DNA of 64,000 nt from a virus. Below, piece by piece: positions 9,378 to 16,845 of the stretch (positions are counted from its first letter, which is position 1; each line of letters starts with the position of its first letter). The translations under genes were made by a program, and so were the position numbers. Below the pieces are notes generated by a model. The model was not told where the DNA came from and ran no database searches. It was given only the letters and a program-made list of their open reading frames with translations. The DNA is taken from positions 19,445-83,444 of the IMG/VR virus record IMGVR_UViG_3300023184_009074; one strand, written 5' to 3'.

Positions 9378-11621
9378 ATGTCTCTGAAATCATTATCTGA
9401 CTATACTTTTGCAAGTCGTTATGCACGATACGATAAAAATAAAAAAAGAAGAGAAACTTGGCATGAAGCAATTGAGCGTGTCAAAGGCATGCATCTTACA
9501 AAATATCCAATGGCATCAGATGATATTAATTGGGCATTTGAACATGTTCATAATAAAGTTGCACTTGGTAGTCAAAGAGCTTTGCAATTTGGCGGAGATC
9601 CAATTTTAAAGCGTAATGCAAAAATTTATAATTGTATTAGTGCCTATTGTGATAGGCCTAGATTTTTTCAGGAATGTACTTGGCTTTTACTTAATGGTTG
9701 TGGAACTGGGTTTTCTGTTCAGCGACATCATGTTGATAAATTACCAGATTTTCACATTACTAAATCAAGTGATTTGTCAGAAGAAAAAATTTACAAAATT
9801 GATGATAGTATAGAAGGATGGTCAGATGCTCTTGGGGCTTTAATTGCGAGTTATATTCCTCATTCTGAGTTTTCTGATTTTTACGGCAAAAAAGTAACTT
9901 TTGATTATTCTATTATTAGGCCAAAAGGTTCATCTTTATCATATGGTGTAGGTAAAGCACCAGGTCATGAACCACTTGAAAAGGCATTGGAAAAAATTCG
10001 TGATTTACTTAGTAAATCTGTCGATGCTGGTAATAAAAAATTAAGAACAATTGATGCATATGACATAGTAATGCATGCCTCTGATGCTGTACTTAGCGGG
10101 GGTGTCCGCAGAAGTGCCACTTTAGCCATGTTTAGTGTTGATGATGAATTAATGTTTAATGCTAAAATTGGCAATTGGTATTATGAAAATCCACAAAGAG
10201 CAAGGTCGAACAATAGTGCATTACTATTAAAAAATAATACAGGAAGAGAAGATTATCATCGTTTATTTGAATCTACTAGGCAATTTGGAGAACCAGGTAT
10301 TATTTGGAGTCACAGCACTGAACAATTATTCAATCCTTGCGTGGAAATTGGACTTTATGGTTATGATGAGCAAGGCAATTCTGGATGGCAAGCTTGCAAT
10401 CTTTCAACTATAAATGGTGCAAAATTACAAACTAAAGAAAATTTTGCTTTGGCTGCGAAAGTTGCTTCTATTATTGGAACTTTGCAAGCAGGCTACACTG
10501 ACTTTGATTATCTTGGTGAAATTAGCGAATCTATTATAAGAAGAGAAGCCCTTCTTGGTGTTAGTATGACTGGTATTATGGATTATCCAAACATTACCTT
10601 GGATAAAAATAATCTTCGTGAAATGGCGGGTATAGTTCTTCAGACTAATGAAGATATTGCAAATAAAATTGGAATTAATATTGCAGCAAGAACAACTTGT
10701 GTAAAACCAGAAGGAACAGCAAGTTGTTTGCTTGGTACTTCTAGTGGAATTCACCCTGCACACGCTAGAAGATATATTCGTAGAGTTCAAAGTAATGCTG
10801 CAGAAACACCAATTCAACATTTTAAACTTTATAACCCTACTGCTATTGAAACATCGTTATGGAGTGCAAATGGAACGGATGAAGTAATTAGTTTTTTAAT
10901 TGAAATGCCAGAACATGTAATAACAAAAGATAGTATTTCTGCTGTTCAGCTTCTTGAAACTGTTAAGTTGGTTCAGGAAAACTGGGTTGAAACTGGTAAA
11001 AGGCCAGAAAAATGTGTGCATCCTTGGATGTCTCATAATGTTAGTAATACAATTAATGTTAAAGATAGCGAATGGAAAGATGTAGAAGATTTTATTTATG
11101 ACAATCGTGAAAGCTTTGCTGGAATTTCTTTATTGCCAGCTACTGGTGATCTTGATTATCCACAAGCACCATTTTCTAAAATCCTTACAGTTGAAGAGAT
11201 AGTAGAAAAATATGGTAAGGGTTGTATTTTTGCTTCTGGATTAATTGTTGATGCTCTTCATGCTTTTCATAATAATTTATGGAGAGCTTGTGATGCAGCT
11301 TTAGGTGTTTTTGAAGTTCAAGAGCCTAAAGCACCAGAAAAACTAAACGATGAAATAATGCAAAAATTACAATTAGAGTGGGTTCATTTTAATTTACAAA
11401 AAGATTGGGTTAGAAGAGCCAAACAATTTTCAGAAAGACATTTAAAAGGTAATGTTAAAGAACTTACTTATCTTTTAAAAGATATCAACAATAATAAACT
11501 ATGGGAAGATTTAAACAGAGTGTACATTAATGTTAATTGGGATGAAATGTACGAGGAAGATGATACAACTAAATTGGTAGAAAATGTTGCTTGTGCTGGT
11601 GGAGCTTGTAGTACTTTTTAA
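9378..11621 (+). CDS. nrdJ: class II (adenosylcobalamin-dependent) ribonucleotide reductase
   Basis: YNC, GGVRRSA, NPCVEI, CNL, TTCVKPEGT, C-terminal CAGGAC; no beta subunit adjacent. Confidence 0.88.
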   Translation: MSLKSLSDYTFASRYARYDKNKKRRETWHEAIERVKGMHLTKYPMASDDINWAFEHVHNKVALGSQRALQFGGDPILKRNAKIYNCISAYCDRPRFFQECTWLLLNGCGTGFSVQRHHVDKLPDFHITKSSDLSEEKIYKIDDSIEGWSDALGALIASYIPHSEFSDFYGKKVTFDYSIIRPKGSSLSYGVGKAPGHEPLEKALEKIRDLLSKSVDAGNKKLRTIDAYDIVMHASDAVLSGGVRRSATLAMFSVDDELMFNAKIGNWYYENPQRARSNNSALLLKNNTGREDYHRLFESTRQFGEPGIIWSHSTEQLFNPCVEIGLYGYDEQGNSGWQACNLSTINGAKLQTKENFALAAKVASIIGTLQAGYTDFDYLGEISESIIRREALLGVSMTGIMDYPNITLDKNNLREMAGIVLQTNEDIANKIGINIAARTTCVKPEGTASCLLGTSSGIHPAHARRYIRRVQSNAAETPIQHFKLYNPTAIETSLWSANGTDEVISFLIEMPEHVITKDSISAVQLLETVKLVQENWVETGKRPEKCVHPWMSHNVSNTINVKDSEWKDVEDFIYDNRESFAGISLLPATGDLDYPQAPFSKILTVEEIVEKYGKGCIFASGLIVDALHAFHNNLWRACDAALGVFEVQEPKAPEKLNDEIMQKLQLEWVHFNLQKDWVRRAKQFSERHLKGNVKELTYLLKDINNNKLWEDLNRVYINVNWDEMYEEDDTTKLVENVACAGGACSTF

Positions 11622-11676
11622 GTATTTTAAAATAGTTTATTGTTGCGAAATTAAATAATATGAAAACAGGTGATTA

Positions 11677-12135
11677 GTGAAGCAAGAATTAGAAGATAAG
11701 CTGTATGATTCTTTTGCTCATTTATTTCCAAATAGTCTTATTTATGGAATTGAATGTGAAGATGGTTGGTTTGAATTGATATTTAATCTTTGCAAGCAGT
11801 TGGCTGATGAAAATATTGAAGTTACTCAAATAAAAGAAAAGTTTGGGACGCTTAGATTTTATTATAATTTTGGAAGTGATAAAATCAAAGATTTGGTTAA
11901 AATTGCAGAAGCTAAAGCTTCTGCCACTTGTGAGTTTTGTGGTAAGACAGGACAATTATATTCAAAAGGTTGGTGTAAAACTTTATGCAATGAACATGCA
12001 AATGAGTTTTATAAAGAAGAATATAAATATGATTACATTTGTGAAAATTGCAATTTTAATTTTAATTACGAAGGTAATTTAGATAATTTTCAATGTCCAC
12101 GATGTAGATGTGAAAAAATTGTAAAAAAATCTTAA
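11677..12135 (+). CDS. phage hypothetical protein (QIKEKFGxLRFY type) with C-terminal zinc ribbons
   Basis: GW...QIKEKFGTLRFY...CEFCG plus CENC...CPRC. Confidence 0.7.
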   Translation: MKQELEDKLYDSFAHLFPNSLIYGIECEDGWFELIFNLCKQLADENIEVTQIKEKFGTLRFYYNFGSDKIKDLVKIAEAKASATCEFCGKTGQLYSKGWCKTLCNEHANEFYKEEYKYDYICENCNFNFNYEGNLDNFQCPRCRCEKIVKKS

Positions 12136-12136
12136 T

Positions 12137-12283
12137 TTATCTTAGACAGCTTTCATTTTTTAATTCAAAGCAATGACAGGCATGACATTTACGAAAATGT
12201 TTTATGCAATGATTGTCAGATTTTGTCACAACAAAAATAAAAGAAGATAAAATAATTGATCCAATTAATATAATTTTTTTCAT
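12137..12283 (-). CDS. unannotated 48-aa signal-peptide/TM microprotein with CxxCH
   Basis: MKKIILIGSIILSSFIFVVTKSDNHCIKHFRKCHACHCFELKNESCLR; fills the intergenic gap; AATATATA-atat-ATG upstream. Confidence 0.55.
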   Translation of the reverse strand: MKKIILIGSIILSSFIFVVTKSDNHCIKHFRKCHACHCFELKNESCLR

Positions 12284-12372
12284 ATATTATATATTGCGTT
12301 TTATTATTTATTGCTTAAAATAAAATATAGGAAAATGGCACTATTGTTTTTTAATTAAAGCAAAAATTTAAT

Positions 12373-12957
12373 ATGGTATATTCTGAAGCCTGTGATGAAA
12401 TTTTAGCAATTAAGTTAAGTTGTGGAGACAACATAGCATTTGAAGTTATTTATCAAAGATATTATTCTTCTGCCTATAATATATTCTTAAAAAGATTATC
12501 AAATAAAGAATCAGCAGAAGATGCAACTCATGATCTTTTCGTTAAGCTAAGATGTAAAATAAAAACCTTTGATAAGGTAAGATGTTTTAAGGCTTGGTTT
12601 TTAATAGTAGCTAAAAGGTTTGCCATTGATATTTTAAGAAGAAGAAAAAATGAAATAAGCTTAGATGTTTTCAATGCCAAGAATAGTGGAGAGTGTTATC
12701 TTGAAAAGTTAAATTACAATCAAGATTTGTTAGAAAAAATCACAACGGAAGAAAATATTAACATTGTTAAAAAAGTATTCAATCAAATGTCAGATACGCA
12801 CAGAAGAATATTGATTTATTATTACTTTGATGATTTATCTTCTGAAGAAATAGCCGTGTTGATGAATACACCTATTGGCACTGTAAAATCAAGGATTTCT
12901 AGAGCTTTAACATTATTTAGGGAATTCCTTGGAAACATTAAAGGAGATTTAAATTGA
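12373..12957 (+). CDS. ECF-type RNA polymerase sigma factor
   Basis: GDxxAF, AEDATHDLF, FKAWF region 2; EIAVLMNTPIGTVKSRISRA region 4.2. Confidence 0.9.
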   Translation: MVYSEACDEILAIKLSCGDNIAFEVIYQRYYSSAYNIFLKRLSNKESAEDATHDLFVKLRCKIKTFDKVRCFKAWFLIVAKRFAIDILRRRKNEISLDVFNAKNSGECYLEKLNYNQDLLEKITTEENINIVKKVFNQMSDTHRRILIYYYFDDLSSEEIAVLMNTPIGTVKSRISRALTLFREFLGNIKGDLN

Positions 12958-13166
12958 ATGGATTTTGTTTTTTTGGAAATCTATCGAAGAAATTATTTTG
13001 GGAAATTCAAGTTCTTTCTAGAATAAGGAAATTTAAAGATGGCATAACATTTATAAAAATAAATTTAAATTATGATAATTATGAAGGCGATCATAATCCT
13101 TGTTTTACATTTGAACTTACAGTGTTTAATGTTTACAATCATTTTATTATTTTTAGTAAAAATTAA
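12954..13166 (+). CDS. hypothetical protein
   Basis: 70 aa, AAAGGAG SD, coupled to the sigma gene. Confidence 0.6.
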   Translation: MNGFCFFGNLSKKLFWEIQVLSRIRKFKDGITFIKINLNYDNYEGDHNPCFTFELTVFNVYNHFIIFSKN

Positions 13167-13175
13167 GGAATTGTA

Positions 13176-13610
13176 ATGAGCACTAAATCTTCTTTGTATT
13201 ATTCAAATGAAATGCATTTATATAAAGAATTCACTGAAGATAATTCTATATTTTTAAAAATTAAAAAAATTAATTTAGAATTAAAAATGGAATTTAAATT
13301 AATAGATTTTTTAAAAATTGTTAGCACTATTGATTTTAATTCATTGATATTGCAGACTAATTTGTCTGACATTGAAATAAAAAAATATTGTATTAAGCGA
13401 GTCAAAGAAAGAATCAACGAACAAAATCCTATTATGGGAATTTACGCATATATGATCTTTGGGGATAAAAACATGTCAGAAGATGAACAAGTGCAATTAG
13501 CATTTGAATATTATTGCAATAAAAGAGATGAACTTAAAAAAATATATGATGAGCTAAACAAGTCTAAGTTTTCAAAAAATTTTTTTGGATTGGAAGACAT
13601 CATTAATTGA
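13176..13610 (+). CDS. hypothetical protein
   Basis: 144 aa, AAGGA SD. Confidence 0.65.
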   Translation: MSTKSSLYYSNEMHLYKEFTEDNSIFLKIKKINLELKMEFKLIDFLKIVSTIDFNSLILQTNLSDIEIKKYCIKRVKERINEQNPIMGIYAYMIFGDKNMSEDEQVQLAFEYYCNKRDELKKIYDELNKSKFSKNFFGLEDIIN

Positions 13611-14348
13611 CTATATGCTTGATTCTGTAAGCCATTTTTTAAAAGAAAAATTCTCACTTGTGAATCTTTGCTGCCAATCCTGTGTCCTAGAAGGTTGTGG
13701 AATATACATGGATGCTTTTGTAGTTGGTGCAGTAACAGTCTTTAAAATTTGACCTTCTTCTAATTCTCCAAGAGTATAACTTCTAGATTGATTTGTTTTG
13801 TAAGAAAAAACTTCAATTTCTTGTTCTTTCAATTCGCTTTCATCTAGAATATCCATCACATCCATATCTTGTGCTATGTCATATGCTGCGTTGACAATTT
13901 TTCTAGCTGTTTCTTGATTAAATTCCCATACTTCAAAATTATTTTGTCTAATAATAATATATCCTAAATATTTACATCCATATTTTCTAGAATCTCCATG
14001 TAATGCTTGCATTGCTTCTGTTAATTTTGGATTAGAAACTAATTTATAATTAATATCTTTTATGCCATCGTAAAGACTATAAACATTATCTGGGTCATAC
14101 TCTTCTTGACGAATATCTCTCTCAACTTTCATTTTGTTTACTTCTAATTCTTGAATAAGTTCTTCTGATATTTTTGATTTTTCTGATTTTTCTATTAAGT
14201 CTTCTGCAATGTTAACTAGTTCTTCTGCATATGTTCCGCAAATTGCTTGCATAATATGTGCTTCATGACCCATATCACTGACATCACCATCAGCACCTAT
14301 TAAATAACTGCCATCATAAATATATTCGCCTCTTAAAAAGTCAATCAT
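13611..14348 (-). CDS. hypothetical protein, paralog of the central domain of 14917..16365, with a C-terminal CTS-like motif
   Basis: Shared EELVNIAE, KLTEAMQAL, RKYGCK.LG.IIIR, FEVWE.NQ.TA, SYKTN; ends SENFSFKKWLTESSI. Confidence 0.8.
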   Translation of the reverse strand: MIDFLRGEYIYDGSYLIGADGDVSDMGHEAHIMQAICGTYAEELVNIAEDLIEKSEKSKISEELIQELEVNKMKVERDIRQEEYDPDNVYSLYDGIKDINYKLVSNPKLTEAMQALHGDSRKYGCKYLGYIIIRQNNFEVWEFNQETARKIVNAAYDIAQDMDVMDILDESELKEQEIEVFSYKTNQSRSYTLGELEEGQILKTVTAPTTKASMYIPQPSRTQDWQQRFTSENFSFKKWLTESSI

Positions 14349-14350
14349 TA

Positions 14351-14920
14351 TTAATCCTTATTTAAAGTACTTATTACAATAGGTTGTATATCTAAAAGTT
14401 CAGTATCGTTTTTAAAAATTCTTGGAAATCTTTTTGCTATTACAGGATTGAAGTTAAATGGTTTTACTTTTACATGTCTATCTTCGTTTATTCCAAGTGC
14501 ATACAATTTAGCCATTGTTTTCCCAGCAGTAGGATCTAGATCATCTACAAGAATTGATTTTTTGCTTTTAGGTAATTTGTTTTCTTCTGGGTCAATAAAT
14601 TCATAATCTTCTATTCCAAAAATATTATTTTCATCTATTGGGATGCCAAGAGCTTTTATTACTTTTTTCTGAAATACACTTCCTCCAGCAGTAATAATAC
14701 AAACTTTGGCAATTGCTTTTAAATTATTTACAAAATCAATTGCATGTGGCCTTAGAAAACTAGCATAAGAATTGGTAATCAACACACCACTAAGAGCTTT
14801 AATTTCTTCTGGATTTTTAAAAGGTGGCACTTTATTAGTACTTACTAAAGTTTCATCTAAGTCTAAGAATATGATTGGATTTTCTTCTTTATTTTCAATC
14901 CATGTTTTAAAATTTATCAT
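14351..14920 (-). CDS. NIF/FCP1-type HAD phosphatase with CTS-like N-terminus
   Basis: FLDLDETLV (DxDxT), LRPH..DF, ILVDD; starts MINFKTWIENKE. Confidence 0.8.
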   Translation of the reverse strand: MINFKTWIENKEENPIIFLDLDETLVSTNKVPPFKNPEEIKALSGVLITNSYASFLRPHAIDFVNNLKAIAKVCIITAGGSVFQKKVIKALGIPIDENNIFGIEDYEFIDPEENKLPKSKKSILVDDLDPTAGKTMAKLYALGINEDRHVKVKPFNFNPVIAKRFPRIFKNDTELLDIQPIVISTLNKD

Positions 14921-16365
14921 TTATGTATTTTCTTTGTGTCTGTAGAAAATGTTCCTTTGTTTTTAATTGATTTTAATTGTTTTGGATCAAAAACTATGGC
15001 ATTAAATGTTCCATCTTTATCTTTTAAAATAACGCCATCGTATCCATCTCTAAGCAATTCATCTATACCTTTTTTATCATATTCATCCCAGCCAGCTGGA
15101 TTTTGAATAGATGCATAGAGTTCAAAAACGGCACCGCTAACACCAGCACCAGTTTCATTTTTATCAGCAGCATTTTTGTCTGATGTTACCCAAATTATCC
15201 CGCCCATAGCAGATTTCTTAGGGTCAAATCCAAATTTATTTATTTTTTCTGCTGCTTCTTTGCTTGTTTGATGATAAACCACAATTGGATTGCCTTCTGA
15301 ATCTATTACTTTTGAATTTTTAAACCAATTTTTAAAATCAGGATTGTCAATTATGGAGTTTTCTAACCATATTTTAAAAGAAAAACTTTCGCTTGTGTAT
15401 CGCAATTGGTGTCTTTGTGTAGTTGAAAGTCCTTCTGGAGTAGAAGCCTGTGGAATGAAATGATTTGATTTACCTTGACTTATTGTAGGTGTTACATTTA
15501 ATTTTTTATCTCTTAATTGCTCAATAGTATATTCACTGCCTTTATTGGTTTTATATGAAGTAATTCCTATAGTTTGCTCATCTTCTCTGCTTCTGTCTTC
15601 TCTGTTTTCTTCCATAATTTTTTCTGCTGCATCTACAATCTTATTTGCAGTATCTTGATTGAGTTCCCACACTTCAAAGAAAGGCCCTCTAATAATAATA
15701 AATCCTAAAGATTTACATCCATATTTTCTGACATCTCCATGTGATAATGCTTGCATGGCTTCTGTTAGTTTTTGATCAGAAACTAATTGCGGATTAATAT
15801 CTTTAATAGCATTATAAAGGGTGCCAATATTAGTAATTTCTTTTTCTCCAATATTATCATCTTCAATATAATCTGGAAGATTTTTAATTTTATATTTATA
15901 TCTCTTTAATTCCTCTAATTTTTCTTCTAATTCTTCATCTATTTCTTCTGGTTTTTTTGATTCAATTTGTTTAATTAATTTTTCTGCAATATTTACTAAT
16001 TCTTCTCTATGATTTAAAAAAATTGCTGCTTGTATCGTTTCTTCATGAGTTTTTACATCTGCTTCTGTTAATTTTCCGTGATCATAAATCCATTCACCTT
16101 TTAAAAGATCTACTTCTTCCTTGTCTTCAAATGGTGGCTCAATTATTTCAAGTTGTTCTTTCCACCAATTTAATTCTGCTTCAACATTATTTACTTTAGT
16201 TTGTTCTAAAAGAGATTTGATCCATATCATAGATTGTTCAATTTTAAATTTTTCTATTTCTTCCCATCCCAACCCATCTAAATTATTTATTATGTTGTGA
16301 AATGCTATAATAAAATCTTTTGGTATTTCTTTATTTATAAATTTGATAACTGCGTCTTTGTCCAT
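14917..16365 (-). CDS. multidomain protein: unknown domain plus C-terminal ADP-ribosyltransferase-like (ART-PolyVal-like) domain
   Basis: FKNWFKNSKVIDSEGNPIVVYHQT...FDP...IQNP...GYDGVIL...VFDPKQLKS..NKGTF. Confidence 0.7.
   Translation of the reverse strand: MDKDAVIKFINKEIPKDFIIAFHNIINNLDGLGWEEIEKFKIEQSMIWIKSLLEQTKVNNVEAELNWWKEQLEIIEPPFEDKEEVDLLKGEWIYDHGKLTEADVKTHEETIQAAIFLNHREELVNIAEKLIKQIESKKPEEIDEELEEKLEELKRYKYKIKNLPDYIEDDNIGEKEITNIGTLYNAIKDINPQLVSDQKLTEAMQALSHGDVRKYGCKSLGFIIIRGPFFEVWELNQDTANKIVDAAEKIMEENREDRSREDEQTIGITSYKTNKGSEYTIEQLRDKKLNVTPTISQGKSNHFIPQASTPEGLSTTQRHQLRYTSESFSFKIWLENSIIDNPDFKNWFKNSKVIDSEGNPIVVYHQTSKEAAEKINKFGFDPKKSAMGGIIWVTSDKNAADKNETGAGVSGAVFELYASIQNPAGWDEYDKKGIDELLRDGYDGVILKDKDGTFNAIVFDPKQLKSIKNKGTFSTDTKKIHK
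15359..15378. repeat. 20-nt exact direct repeat, copy 1 (encodes FKIWLEN on minus strand)
   Basis: ttttctaaccatattttaaa, identical to 16400..16419. Confidence 0.9.
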
Positions 16366-16374
16366 ATTATTTTC

Positions 16375-16425
16375 TTATATTTTTCTGGAATAGTTTCTAT
16401 TTTCTAACCATATTTTAAAGTTCAT
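16375..16425 (-). other. 16-codon mini-ORF MNFKIWLENRNYSRKI*, in frame with the downstream 482-aa ORF
   Basis: ATG at 16425 is exactly 60 nt upstream of ATG 16365; single TAA at 16377-16375; AATATATA-tttt-ATG upstream. Confidence 0.7.
16400..16419. repeat. 20-nt exact direct repeat, copy 2
   Basis: ttttctaaccatattttaaa, identical to 15359..15378. Confidence 0.9.
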
Positions 16426-16470
16426 AAAATATATATTGATTTTTTTTCATTATTAGATTATTTTTATAAT

Positions 16471-16650
16471 ATGGATAAAATAAAAAAAGAAGAAAAAGTT
16501 TGTTATAATTGCGAATATCTTCTTGGACAAAGTGATATTTCTTTTGGTCTTAGATGTAAACACCCAGAAAACCAAAAAGAAGAAACATTGCCTATTGTTC
16601 CAAGTCCAACGCATAATTGTAAGCATTTTGAAAATAAGCTTAGAAGGTAA
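16471..16650 (+). CDS. unannotated 59-aa Cys4 protein, paralog of the next gene
   Basis: MDKIKKEEKVCYNCEYLLGQSDISFGLRCKHPENQKEETLPIVPSPTHNCKHFENKLRR; aligns with 16654..16845. Confidence 0.8.
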   Translation: MDKIKKEEKVCYNCEYLLGQSDISFGLRCKHPENQKEETLPIVPSPTHNCKHFENKLRR

Positions 16651-16653
16651 TAG

Positions 16654-16845
16654 ATGTTTAATTTAGAAATAAAGCCAGAAGACAAAGTTTGTTATAATTG
16701 CAAATTTTTATTTTGGAGTGTTGGAATAGGCATGGGAATAAGATGTAACAATGAAAATAATAGAAAAGGTCAAGAGTTACCGCCTATAACACATAGTAAA
16801 AGCACTTGTGATTTATTTCTGCAGAAGCGAAGGCAATTAAAATGA
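16654..16845 (+). CDS. small Cys4 (putative Zn-binding) protein
   Basis: KVCYNC...GIRC...C; GAAGG SD-like sequence. Confidence 0.75.
   Translation: MFNLEIKPEDKVCYNCKFLFWSVGIGMGIRCNNENNRKGQELPPITHSKSTCDLFLQKRRQLK

Noticed and set aside
9378-11621. Intein or intron in the ribonucleotide reductase
   Set aside because: ORF is continuous, of normal length, and has no splicing motifs.
7232-11955. Short ORFs inside or antisense to the gp46-like, nrdJ and 11677 genes
   Set aside because: Overlap well-supported genes and have no motifs or start signals.
13611-16365. Duplicated segment as the template/variable repeat of a diversity-generating retroelement
   Set aside because: No reverse transcriptase in the window, both copies are coding, and differences include indels and are not adenine-restricted.
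16503-16685. 60-aa minus-strand ORF in the track
   Set aside because: The plus-strand 16471..16650 paralog of the next gene explains this region better.
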